Positions 49,155 through 58,407 of a DNA stretch of 64,000 nucleotides are shown here, one piece after another (positions within the stretch are counted from its first letter, which is position 1; each line of letters opens with the position of its first letter). The notes below the pieces were generated by a model. The model was not told the DNA's origin. It did no database searches and saw only the letters and a program-made list of their open reading frames with translations. Source of the DNA: Oceanispirochaeta sp. (GTDB lineage: Bacteria; Spirochaetota; Spirochaetia; DSM-2461); the NCBI GenBank assembly GCA_963663385.2, contig CAXXXD010000002.1, positions 384,001-448,000 on the forward strand. The letters run 5' to 3'. A program made the position numbers and the translations under genes.

Positions 49155-49194
49155 CTCCCTCTCCCTCTGGGAGAGGGGATTAAGGGGTGAGGGT
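49155..49194. repeat. REP-like palindrome
   Basis: CTCCCTCTCCCTCTGGGAGAGGGGATTAAGGGGTGAGGGT. Confidence 0.6.
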
Positions 49195-49211
49195 TGAAGA
49201 GGGATAATATA

Positions 49212-51224
49212 TCAGCCCGCCATCATCTGCATAATACCGCCGCCGTTTTTCACATTGCTGAATCCGTTCTGCGCCAGAATCCGGACACCGTAGGCGCTCC
49301 GGGCCCCTGAGGCGCAGTAGAGGGTAATGTCCCGGTCTTTCGCTCCCAGTTCATCCATCCTGGCTGATAACTCATCCAGAGGAATACATATGGCATCCGG
49401 ATGGGCTCCCATATTGAACTCTTCTGTTGTTCTGACATCAATTACCAGGGGACCATTGGCTACTATGGATACGGCTTCCTCTTCCATTTCCAGGGATTCA
49501 TCAGTTGATCCTTCTTCCAGACTCCTGGCTTCGGGGGTTCTCAGAGGAACCTGAATAAACTCAAATCCTACCGCTCTGGCATAGTATTCAAGGCTGGGAT
49601 ACCCGCCGCTGATGTACCGGGCCTCGCTGAATCCGTTCAGTATCAGCTGTCTGACCGTTCGGTGGGCTACTTTGCCGGTTTCATCGTAAATCAGAATGGC
49701 CGTATCTCTGGGCACTTCCGCCAGGGCTTCCAGCAGTTTTTCCGGGGCCAGGTTGGCTGCTCCGGCAACGCTTCCCTTCTGATAGGAAAAGTAGTCCCTT
49801 ATATCCACCAGGGCCAGTTTCCTATCCCGGATGTACTCTTCCACCTCCGCTGCGGTGAGGGCGGGGCTGTAACCGCTCTGTCTGTTCTGCGCCGCAAACC
49901 CGGCCATATTGACGGGATCATTGGCTGAACCGAAGGGAGGCGCATAGGCCAGATCCAGTTCTCCCAGATCCTCGATAGTCAGTCCGGCAGCAATGGCTGT
50001 GGCCAGTACGTCCAGCCTTTTATCGGCTCCGTCTACTCCGGCGGTCTGGGCCCCCAGGACTTTTCCGGTTTTTTTATCATAAATCAGGTGAATCGCAACC
50101 ATTTCGCCGCCGGGGTAGTAACCCACATGATTTTCTTTTCTGACAACTACCGCTTCCACATCAAGCCCGGCGTCCCTTGCCTGCTTCATATTAATCCCGG
50201 TTGTTCCGGCAACCGCTTCGAAGACGCGGACGATGGATGTCCCCTGGGCTCCCTTGTACTTGATTTTCTCTTCGGGATTCTCTGCCAGGGCATTTGTTGC
50301 GGCTATTCTTCCCTGTCTGTTGGCAGGTCCTGCCAGGGGAATCCGGACTTTTTTACCCAGTACACGGTGAACTGTTTCTGCCATATCACCGCCGGCCAGG
50401 ATATCCTTGTCGGAAGTCTGCAGAAACTCATCCACCAGCAATCCCCCGGATTCTCCCAGTTCCAGTCCGGCCTGTCTGGCCAGGGTCAGGGTGGGGCGTA
50501 CCCCCACAGAGAGAAGCACCATGTCCGCATCCAGCTCGCTGCCGTCATCCAGTACAACAGATTTTTCCTTTATGGCTGTCACGGAGCGTCCGGTATGAAC
50601 ACCGACACCGTAGGCGGCCAGTTCTTCCTGCAGGATCCCCGCTATTTCGCCCTCCATCAGGGGCATGATATGAGGGGCCAGTTCCACATTATGTACATTC
50701 AATCCCCGTTTCTTCAGGGCTTCCACCATTTCCAGGCCGATAAATCCTCCACCGACTACCACAGCGGATTTGGGATTATCATTCCTGATATAGTCATCAA
50801 TCCGGTCCATATCCTCCAGGGTCCAGAGGGAGAAGACATTGGGGCTGTCTGCGCCTTCCAGACCGGGAATAAAAGGCTTGCCTCCCTGGGAAAGGATCAG
50901 TTTGTCGTATTCATAGGTACGGGTTTTACCTGTCTGGCGGTTGATCGCCCTGACTGTTTTAGCGGTCCGATCTATTTCCAGGGCTTCTGTCATAGTATGG
51001 ACATCCACATCATACTGATCCCTGAAGCTTTCGGGGCTCTGCAGAATCAGTTTGCTCCGGCTCTTGATATCGCCCCCTATATAGTAGGGAAGCCCGCAGT
51101 TGGCAAAAGACACATCCGGTCCCGCTTCCAGCATGGTGATTTCTATATCTTTATTCAAACGTCTTGCTCTTGCTGCTGCTGTTGCTCCTGCTGCAACTCC
51201 GCCGATGATTAATAATTTATTCAT
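49212..51224 (-). CDS. CoA-disulfide/persulfide reductase fused to two rhodanese domains
   Basis: GGVAAG, SFANCGLPYY, GGGFIGLE, LAYAPPF; first rhodanese domain lacks the Cys (IYDETG), second has YCASGARS. Confidence 0.9.
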   Translation of the reverse strand: MNKLLIIGGVAAGATAAARARRLNKDIEITMLEAGPDVSFANCGLPYYIGGDIKSRSKLILQSPESFRDQYDVDVHTMTEALEIDRTAKTVRAINRQTGKTRTYEYDKLILSQGGKPFIPGLEGADSPNVFSLWTLEDMDRIDDYIRNDNPKSAVVVGGGFIGLEMVEALKKRGLNVHNVELAPHIMPLMEGEIAGILQEELAAYGVGVHTGRSVTAIKEKSVVLDDGSELDADMVLLSVGVRPTLTLARQAGLELGESGGLLVDEFLQTSDKDILAGGDMAETVHRVLGKKVRIPLAGPANRQGRIAATNALAENPEEKIKYKGAQGTSIVRVFEAVAGTTGINMKQARDAGLDVEAVVVRKENHVGYYPGGEMVAIHLIYDKKTGKVLGAQTAGVDGADKRLDVLATAIAAGLTIEDLGELDLAYAPPFGSANDPVNMAGFAAQNRQSGYSPALTAAEVEEYIRDRKLALVDIRDYFSYQKGSVAGAANLAPEKLLEALAEVPRDTAILIYDETGKVAHRTVRQLILNGFSEARYISGGYPSLEYYARAVGFEFIQVPLRTPEARSLEEGSTDESLEMEEEAVSIVANGPLVIDVRTTEEFNMGAHPDAICIPLDELSARMDELGAKDRDITLYCASGARSAYGVRILAQNGFSNVKNGGGIMQMMAG

Positions 51225-51469
51225 TTAGTCCTCTCTTTATTTGAGTTGTTGTATATAGTAATAATACTATATAGACTATATGTCAATAGTAATATATAAA
51301 AATTTAATGATATATTTTTAAAGAATGTTCTTCCCGGTGCATCCGGAGGCTTCCGGCACTGCTCTCCCTAATGGAAAAAGTTTTTTCGATTTTAGTTGAT
51401 TCTATGTGTAGAAACATTTACAATGTTCAGATATAAAGATAAGTAAACCACCATATAAAGGAAAACGAC

Positions 51470-52675
51470 ATGGGATATTTTAAAAGCAATCCGGACGACA
51501 AAGGGAACTTCGGCGAATACGGCGGGGCCTTCATTCCTCCTCAGCTGCAGGTGGAAATGGACAAGATTACGGATGCCTACTTTTCCATCAGTAAGTCTCA
51601 TGACTTTATTACAGAACTGAGATCAATCAGAAAACACTTTCAGGGCAGACCGACTCCTGTTTACTATGCCAAAACCCTGAGTGAAAAATACGGAGGCCGA
51701 ATCTATCTTAAAAGGGAAGACTTGAATCATACGGGAGCACACAAGCTCAACCACTGTATGGGAGAAGCCCTTCTGGCCAAATACCTGGGAAAGAAAAAAC
51801 TGATTGCCGAAACCGGTGCGGGGCAGCATGGTGTAGCCCTGGCGACAGCTGCCGCCTACTTCGGTCTGGAATGTGAAATTCATATGGGTGAAGTGGATAT
51901 CGCCAAGGAGCATCCCAATGTTGTGCGTATGAAAATTCTGGGAGCGGAAGTTGTTCCCGTTTCCCATGGTCTTAAAACCCTGAAAGAGGCTGTGGATTCC
52001 GCTTTTGAGGCCTACCTGAAGGATCCTGTCAATACAATTTACTGTATCGGTTCTGTTGTAGGACCCCATCCCTTTCCCATGATGGTTCGGGATTTTCAGA
52101 GGGTCGTCGGTGTGGAAGCCAGGGAACAGTACTTTGATATGACCGGGGAACAGCCCGACAATGTGGTTGCCTGTGTGGGCGGCGGTTCCAATGCCATGGG
52201 TATCTTCTCTGCCTTTATTGAGGATCAGGACTGTGAAATATACGGCGTAGAACCCTCCGGGAAATCCCTGAATCTGGGAGAACATGCCGCTACCATGACC
52301 ATGGGGGTGCCCGGTATGATTCACGGATTCAAATGCTACAACCTGCAGGACGAGAATGGCGAACCTGCTCCGGTCTATTCCATCGCCAGCGGTCTTGACT
52401 ACCCCGGCGTCGGTCCCGAACACTCCATGCTGAAGGATCTGGGACGGGTCAACTATGTGACAGCCAGTGACAGGGACTGCCTGGACTCCTTTTTTGAACT
52501 CAGTAGACTGGAGGGGATCATTCCCGCTCTGGAGAGCGCCCATGCGGTGGCCTTTGCCTGTAAACTGGCGCAGGAAAAGCCAAGACAGTCCATTCTTGTG
52601 AATCTGAGCGGCAGAGGGGACAAGGATATTGATTTTGTTGTGGAGAATTACGGGAAGGAATACGGGATCGTCTGA
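51470..52675 (+). CDS. trpB: Tryptophan synthase beta subunit (stand-alone)
   Basis: [17 protein letters not shown]-lysine, [34 protein letters not shown]. Confidence 0.95.
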   Translation: MGYFKSNPDDKGNFGEYGGAFIPPQLQVEMDKITDAYFSISKSHDFITELRSIRKHFQGRPTPVYYAKTLSEKYGGRIYLKREDLNHTGAHKLNHCMGEALLAKYLGKKKLIAETGAGQHGVALATAAAYFGLECEIHMGEVDIAKEHPNVVRMKILGAEVVPVSHGLKTLKEAVDSAFEAYLKDPVNTIYCIGSVVGPHPFPMMVRDFQRVVGVEAREQYFDMTGEQPDNVVACVGGGSNAMGIFSAFIEDQDCEIYGVEPSGKSLNLGEHAATMTMGVPGMIHGFKCYNLQDENGEPAPVYSIASGLDYPGVGPEHSMLKDLGRVNYVTASDRDCLDSFFELSRLEGIIPALESAHAVAFACKLAQEKPRQSILVNLSGRGDKDIDFVVENYGKEYGIV

Positions 52676-52695
52676 TCCATAGGATTTTCCATTTT

Positions 52696-52740
52696 AAAAG
52701 GGACTGTTGCAAAAGTAATTTTTGTAACAGTCCCTTTTTT
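52696..52740. terminator. Bidirectional intrinsic terminator
   Basis: AAAAGGGACTGTTGCAAAA...TTTTGTAACAGTCCCTTTTTT. Confidence 0.85.
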
Positions 52741-52770
52741 GGTTTATTCAATAAATAAATTATTCCTGAG

Positions 52771-53271
52771 CTATCTGGTTACGACTTCCGTATCCGGGAT
52801 ACGGAGATGTTTGGAGGAAACACTTAAGCCTCCTGCGATTACCTTCCCTTTATACAGATCTGAAGTATTTGTAATGTATACAGCTTCCCAAGTCGTATCA
52901 ATAAGTGTCTGTTTGTCTGGATCTTCAAATCCTGAGCCCTGAACCAGAACAACTTCTCCAACAGTCAGTTCACTCTCTGCTGCAGGGTGGGAAGTAAATA
53001 CTTTGGCCCAGACCTTATCGTTATTGCTGGCAATGATGACCTCTGCTTCCCCTTTGGAAGCATCCGAAGCCGGTTTGATGATTGTCGCTGCTTTATATCG
53101 GCCCGTGCTGCCTTCCTGATAGGCCATTACATAACCATCCAGCGGATCGCTGCTGACTTTTTTGGGGGCGGATGACGAGGCAGTCGGAACTTTAACCATC
53201 TCTTCCAGCATACTGGCACATCCTGAAAGAAGCAGCATGCCCAGAATAAGTACTATAACCGTTTTTTTCAT
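52771..53271 (-). CDS. Lipoprotein of unknown function
   Basis: LLSGC lipobox; AAGGAG RBS. Confidence 0.8.
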   Translation of the reverse strand: MKKTVIVLILGMLLLSGCASMLEEMVKVPTASSSAPKKVSSDPLDGYVMAYQEGSTGRYKAATIIKPASDASKGEAEVIIASNNDKVWAKVFTSHPAAESELTVGEVVLVQGSGFEDPDKQTLIDTTWEAVYITNTSDLYKGKVIAGGLSVSSKHLRIPDTEVVTR

Positions 53272-53376
53272 TGTATTATTCTCCTTGAAATGTAGTAGTT
53301 TCTTAAAAAGAAGAATAATGATTCTCTAATACTCTGTAAATTTACAAAAATATACATTATTAACAGAACAATAGAA

Positions 53377-55494
53377 TCAGGAAATTTCCTGCCGGAAACG
53401 GCCGGGTGGCACTCCCTCTATTTTTTTAAATACCCTGATAAAGGATATTGTACTGTTAAAACCGGATTCTCTGGCTACCTCCTTGATCTGCCGGCCCTGT
53501 TTCAATAATTCATAGGCTTTCTCCATCCGGATATCCGAGATCTTCCGGTTGATGGAGTGCCCGTTCTGCTCCAGATAGAACCGGGAGATATACTGCTGAT
53601 TCATGTTGAATCTATCGGCAATCATGGTAAGACAAATGGACGGGTTCAGGGCATTCTCTTCGAGGTATAAATTCAGTTTCCTGTTCAGTTCCAGGTTATG
53701 GCTGTTTTTCCGGTTTTCAAAGGATGAGCAGGCAGTCGAAAGAGCTGTTTTCAGTATTCTGGTTTTTTCAGACAGGGATTCGTGGCGGCTGTAATCTTCC
53801 ATGACTGTGAGAATCTCCGTGGATTCTATTTCATCCGGAGGGAAATTATTCATTAAGGGTTTTATGATTGTTGTCAAAAGGGTCGAAAGAAAAAGATCCA
53901 GAACCGGCCCGGATAAGCCCGTATCTACAACATTTTCCTGAAGTAGATCCTCTACAATCCTGAATGCCCTTTTTTCATCACCGCTTCTGATAGCAGAAAG
54001 GAGATTGTCTTCCTGTGTATAAGGAAAGGAGAAAATGGCAGGATTTGCCTGTTGTTCCTCAAGATCGATCACTCTGTTCTCTGTCTTTTCAGGAATGTAG
54101 TACTGGTAGCGCAGGCATTCTCTGAACATCCGCGGCAGTTCTGCTGTATCAGACACTGTTTTTCCCAGAATCAGTGTAACCGGAAAATCCCATCTTTCCT
54201 TTAATCGGATCAGCTTGCTTCTGAGGGCCGTTTTATTCTCCTTTGTCGATACGGCAAGGCCGCAGACCGTTCCCGCCTGTCCTGTGACGGCCCTGACAGA
54301 ACTAAAGGATTTAAGATCTTTATAGATTCTGATTTTCCCTGCAAGATTCGGGTCCCCCGGCCCTGATGTTTCCGTTTCATAAATAAAAGGATAATACTGG
54401 CCGTCCTTTACCGCTCCGGGTACCAGCTCCTGCATCTGACGGGCATCTATTTCTGTTTCCCCTCTAAAAAAGGAGCTGAGCATATGTTCCCGAATCTCTT
54501 CCCGATACGAGGCCAGTGTCCGATTCATAAGGTGGATGGCTGAACCAAGACGGTCGAATTCATTCTCCTCCCGGGAGGGCTCAATCGAAAGGGCTTTGAG
54601 AAGCCTGCCGACAGGCCGGTACTGCTTTCTGGTAAAGTAACGGGTCAGGAGAGTATGCATCAGCAGCATCAGCAGAAGGGTTAGAACCGCAGCTTTCCGT
54701 ATTCTGTTTATCGGTGAGTAGTAAATCCTGTAGGGAGTGGTTATTTCAATCAGCCAGCCCGTCGATTCGATAATCTGGGATTGAGTAATCCATCTGCCCC
54801 GATCCCTGAATGGGCTTTCGGACCGAATCAGGCATTCTCCTGCCGGGGTATAGATAGTCAGACGGCTCGATTCGGATATGGAATCTATATACTCCTGTAT
54901 CCTTTCCCTATCGAGGTGGAACATCAGTAAATCTCCCGGAAAAGGGTAGCGGACACAGCTGCTGCAGGAATACAGGAGTATGGTATGCGGATGTTGAGAC
55001 GTGCCTTCCCGGGGCAGGTAGAGAACCGGAGAGGACAAGTCCGTGTTTTCAAGATCCAGAGAGGATGTCAGATGATAGGTTTCTGCCATCAGGGCGGAGT
55101 AATCTTCCTGCCGGTTCAACCCTTCGGTTGATATAACTCTCCCGTATCTCTTTTGATAGAATGCCATGGATTTTACCCAGGTACTCATATTGAGATAGTG
55201 TTTGAAGTCCGTGACCAGATACCGTATATCGCCCGGAGATTCACTATCTTTCATTAGGCGGTGGTCCCTGGATATGCGGTAACCTATCTCCTCTAACCAA
55301 TCAATCTCTCTGCTAATCCTGTCCCGGATTGTGTCCATTCGCATGGTATTGTGATGCCGAATCTGGCTCCCGGTAACCATGTCCATATAGGCGTAGAAAG
55401 CAAGAATGAACACGAGAAGTCCCGCTAACATAGATATATAGGATTTTTTCCAGTTGATGCGGATTGAATCGGATGATTGAGGGAACAGTTTCAC
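53377..55494 (-). CDS. Membrane-spanning AraC-family regulator
   Basis: Two TM helices around an extracytoplasmic domain; C-terminal AraC HTH (SFIRVFKKIEGVPPGRFR). Confidence 0.85.
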   Translation of the reverse strand: MKLFPQSSDSIRINWKKSYISMLAGLLVFILAFYAYMDMVTGSQIRHHNTMRMDTIRDRISREIDWLEEIGYRISRDHRLMKDSESPGDIRYLVTDFKHYLNMSTWVKSMAFYQKRYGRVISTEGLNRQEDYSALMAETYHLTSSLDLENTDLSSPVLYLPREGTSQHPHTILLYSCSSCVRYPFPGDLLMFHLDRERIQEYIDSISESSRLTIYTPAGECLIRSESPFRDRGRWITQSQIIESTGWLIEITTPYRIYYSPINRIRKAAVLTLLLMLLMHTLLTRYFTRKQYRPVGRLLKALSIEPSREENEFDRLGSAIHLMNRTLASYREEIREHMLSSFFRGETEIDARQMQELVPGAVKDGQYYPFIYETETSGPGDPNLAGKIRIYKDLKSFSSVRAVTGQAGTVCGLAVSTKENKTALRSKLIRLKERWDFPVTLILGKTVSDTAELPRMFRECLRYQYYIPEKTENRVIDLEEQQANPAIFSFPYTQEDNLLSAIRSGDEKRAFRIVEDLLQENVVDTGLSGPVLDLFLSTLLTTIIKPLMNNFPPDEIESTEILTVMEDYSRHESLSEKTRILKTALSTACSSFENRKNSHNLELNRKLNLYLEENALNPSICLTMIADRFNMNQQYISRFYLEQNGHSINRKISDIRMEKAYELLKQGRQIKEVARESGFNSTISFIRVFKKIEGVPPGRFRQEIS

Positions 55495-56912
55495 TTTCCG
55501 TCTCCATCCTGTCTACTCATTGATGCCTGGTAAATATCAACAGCCTCCGGCAAACCTGCTTTCAGCAATTCGCTTTGAAAACGGTTGAAATCTTCCATGG
55601 GTCTTTCTCCTGTAATGAGCTCTATTATATAGCTGTCCGAGAGATTTTCTACTTTGTTCATTATAGCGGCCAGCTTTCTGCTTTCATCCGGCGGGATAGC
55701 CACAGGGTTTAACAAATGGTTTTCAGTTGCCGTATTACCCCATATTTCTACTGCCTTTTTCTGGTAGATATGGGGAATCTGCTGATCGAACCGGGCTTCC
55801 TCCTGGACGAAAGGACCGCTGATATACTCAGCCGTACTGTTATGAAGATAATGCCCTTCGGATGAATAGGCATAATCCAGGAATCTGACGGAATCCTTTT
55901 TATGGAGCGACTTTTCTGTGAGGTAGGCCGAGGAATGGTATATTACGGGTTCGGCCAGATACCCGAATTCCACCCTTTCCCCCGGGATTAATGAGGGGTA
56001 GGGCACAGCCTGAAACTCCGTTTCCGGATTTTTGTCTTTGAGAGAATTTCCATACCGTTCCATGGATGTGACGTAATCGACAAAACAGGCGATTGTTTCT
56101 TTTCCTGCTTTTTTTTCATATGTCCGGCGGTTGTTATACGTAAAGTCTGGGTCGATTAATCCTTCAGAATACCATCTTCTGAAGAGCCTGATAAAATCTT
56201 CGAGTTCCGGACGGAGAAGGCCGTGATAAACAATCCCGTCGGTCTGAAAGAAACCCCAACTGATACCGAAAGCCCCCAGAAAGGCATTGGTTTCCTTTAT
56301 CTTTCCTCCGTAAAAAGAAAGGGGTGTATCAATGCGGGGATCTTTTCTGAAATCTATCAGCATGACCTCCCAGTCTTGAAGGGTCTCAGGAGTAGGCAGC
56401 CCTGCTATTTCCAGCAGGTCTTTACGAATATAGGGCCCTATATAGCTGCGCATGCGCTTTTTCGGGATATAGGCGGGAAAGCAGAACAGGCTGCCGTCTG
56501 TCGTCTGGATATATTCCCTAAGTCCGGTTTCCCTATCAATCAGATTGGTCAGATTGGGCAGCTGCTCCGGGAGGAAAGGATTCAGGGGGGTAATCACACC
56601 GTCAGTAAGTGCCTTTTCTATCCCTCCCGGATAGTTTCGTACAAAGTCATGGGAAATTATATCCGGGAGCGAATCGGAAGCCAGCAGCCTGACAAGCCGT
56701 TCATTGTGCTGTCCCTCGGGTGGGTGGATAAAACGTATATCCAGATTCAGACGTTCCTCCAGTTCCTGATACAGAGGCAGATCGGACATATTCCGGGCAT
56801 ATTTTCTGCCGCGGTTGCTTGTCCACCAGCTGATGCTGGTTCTTTCTTCTTTTTCAGCCGTACAGGAGAACAGAAAAGAAAGAATGAGGCATAAATGGAA
56901 AAAACGGGCCAT
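55491..56912 (-). CDS. LplA-like carbohydrate-binding lipoprotein
   Basis: LFSC lipobox after ATG 56912; YIRKDLLE..GLPTPETLQDW; WYSEGLIDPDF; overlaps the araC start by 4 bp. Confidence 0.82.
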   Translation of the reverse strand: MARFFHLCLILSFLFSCTAEKEERTSISWWTSNRGRKYARNMSDLPLYQELEERLNLDIRFIHPPEGQHNERLVRLLASDSLPDIISHDFVRNYPGGIEKALTDGVITPLNPFLPEQLPNLTNLIDRETGLREYIQTTDGSLFCFPAYIPKKRMRSYIGPYIRKDLLEIAGLPTPETLQDWEVMLIDFRKDPRIDTPLSFYGGKIKETNAFLGAFGISWGFFQTDGIVYHGLLRPELEDFIRLFRRWYSEGLIDPDFTYNNRRTYEKKAGKETIACFVDYVTSMERYGNSLKDKNPETEFQAVPYPSLIPGERVEFGYLAEPVIYHSSAYLTEKSLHKKDSVRFLDYAYSSEGHYLHNSTAEYISGPFVQEEARFDQQIPHIYQKKAVEIWGNTATENHLLNPVAIPPDESRKLAAIMNKVENLSDSYIIELITGERPMEDFNRFQSELLKAGLPEAVDIYQASMSRQDGDGK

Positions 56913-57034
56913 ACTTTTATTGTACCCGAATCCTCTCCCGGAAAGAAGAATATCTTTTATGAAATTCACAACCCGGCCTGATTATTTGATTATGGAAACC
57001 CTATGATTTATCCTCTAAATAGGAGCATCAAATC

Positions 57035-58402
57035 ATGGAAGACAAGTTGGACTGTACAGAACAGCTGAGACAGGCAAAAATTGAACTCCAGCTGGAAAAA
57101 GAACGTTCCGATCAGCTGGAAAAACTTCTCAACCATGATCCGGATACAGGGCTGAAGCAGAGGCATATCCTGGTGCGCCGGATAAACAGGCTGATAATGG
57201 AAAACAGGAGCCGGTTTGCTTTCGGCATTCTGAGGCTCGATAAACATTACCAGAGAATCAGGCATACCAGAGACAGAATGAAAGTTCTGCTCTATATCTC
57301 CTCGGAAAGGTTGAAACCCATAACGGGAGAAAATAACCTCTATCAGTCAGACCGTTCCGATGAGTTCCTTTTCATTATCCCCGATTATAAAGACAGGAAA
57401 GATGTAGAAAACCAGATAGAAGAGATGATCATTAAAATAAAGGAACCCCATAATCCTCCGGCATCGGATATAAGTTTCGGGTGCAACGTAGGGGTCGCTC
57501 TCTTCCCCGACCATGCGAACAATCTGGAGGAACTGGAAGTCAATGCTGAAATTGCTCTTGGGATTTTTAAAGAAAAAAACTGGAAAGGTTCCCTCTACTC
57601 CCCTGAGATCGGCAGGCACTATCATGAGAATCAGTCTCTGGAATCCCTGCTCAGAGCATGTATCCTCAACAACTTCGAGGGATTTCATATCGCGTATCAA
57701 CCTATAGTAAATAGGAATAAACAGCTTATATCCTGCGAAGCACTCCTCCGCTGGGACGCTCCGGAGGTCGGTGTTGTATCACCGGCACGGTTCATCCCGC
57801 TGGCTGAAGAGAGCGGTTTAATTATCTATTTGGGAAAATGGGTACTGTACAATGCCCTGAGACAGATGAAGAAATGGCTTGAAGGCAAAATGAAAAACCT
57901 GCAGGTTTCGGTTAATCTCTCCACTCTGCAGCTGGAACAGGACGATTTTATAGAAACCGTGTCCAACGCTCTGAAATCCCTTGAACTGCCGGGAGAAGCG
58001 GTTCACCTGGAAATTACGGAAAGCGCTGTAATGGCCAATCCTGAATTGGCGAAAAACAGACTGGCTGCTCTGCAGGATCTGGGGATTGAGATAATGCTGG
58101 ATGACTTTGGTACGGGATATTCCAGTTTAAGCGCCTTAAACCAGTTTCCCATCAATACATTGAAAATCCCCAAGGAATTTGTCGATGTCCTTCCCGAAGA
58201 TCCCCACGGACTGGAGATGGTTCGGGCGATACTGGGAATTGCCAAGACGTTCGGTTTCACGACTCTGGCAGAGGGGATTGAGCAACAGGAGCAGTTTGAC
58301 TGTCTGATCGGAGAAGGCTGCCAGCTCATACAGGGGTATATTACAAGTCCTCCCGTAGGAGCCTCGGAGTTTGAAGAGCGCTTTTTAAGTGGTTCGGTAT
58401 AA
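57035..58402 (+). CDS. c-di-GMP phosphodiesterase (degenerate GGDEF plus EAL)
   Basis: DPDTGL and RSDEF in place of GGDEF; YQP, EALLRW, EITES, DDFGTGYSS, AEGIE, QGY. Confidence 0.88.
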   Translation: MEDKLDCTEQLRQAKIELQLEKERSDQLEKLLNHDPDTGLKQRHILVRRINRLIMENRSRFAFGILRLDKHYQRIRHTRDRMKVLLYISSERLKPITGENNLYQSDRSDEFLFIIPDYKDRKDVENQIEEMIIKIKEPHNPPASDISFGCNVGVALFPDHANNLEELEVNAEIALGIFKEKNWKGSLYSPEIGRHYHENQSLESLLRACILNNFEGFHIAYQPIVNRNKQLISCEALLRWDAPEVGVVSPARFIPLAEESGLIIYLGKWVLYNALRQMKKWLEGKMKNLQVSVNLSTLQLEQDDFIETVSNALKSLELPGEAVHLEITESAVMANPELAKNRLAALQDLGIEIMLDDFGTGYSSLSALNQFPINTLKIPKEFVDVLPEDPHGLEMVRAILGIAKTFGFTTLAEGIEQQEQFDCLIGEGCQLIQGYITSPPVGASEFEERFLSGSV

Positions 58403-58407
58403 CCGGA

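Noticed and set aside
50088..51212. Long antisense ORFs (also 29160-30239, 39578-40507, 51623-52543, 349-1158, 32412-33218)
   Set aside because: Each lies opposite a well-supported gene and shows no recognisable motifs; these are typical shadow ORFs from codon bias.
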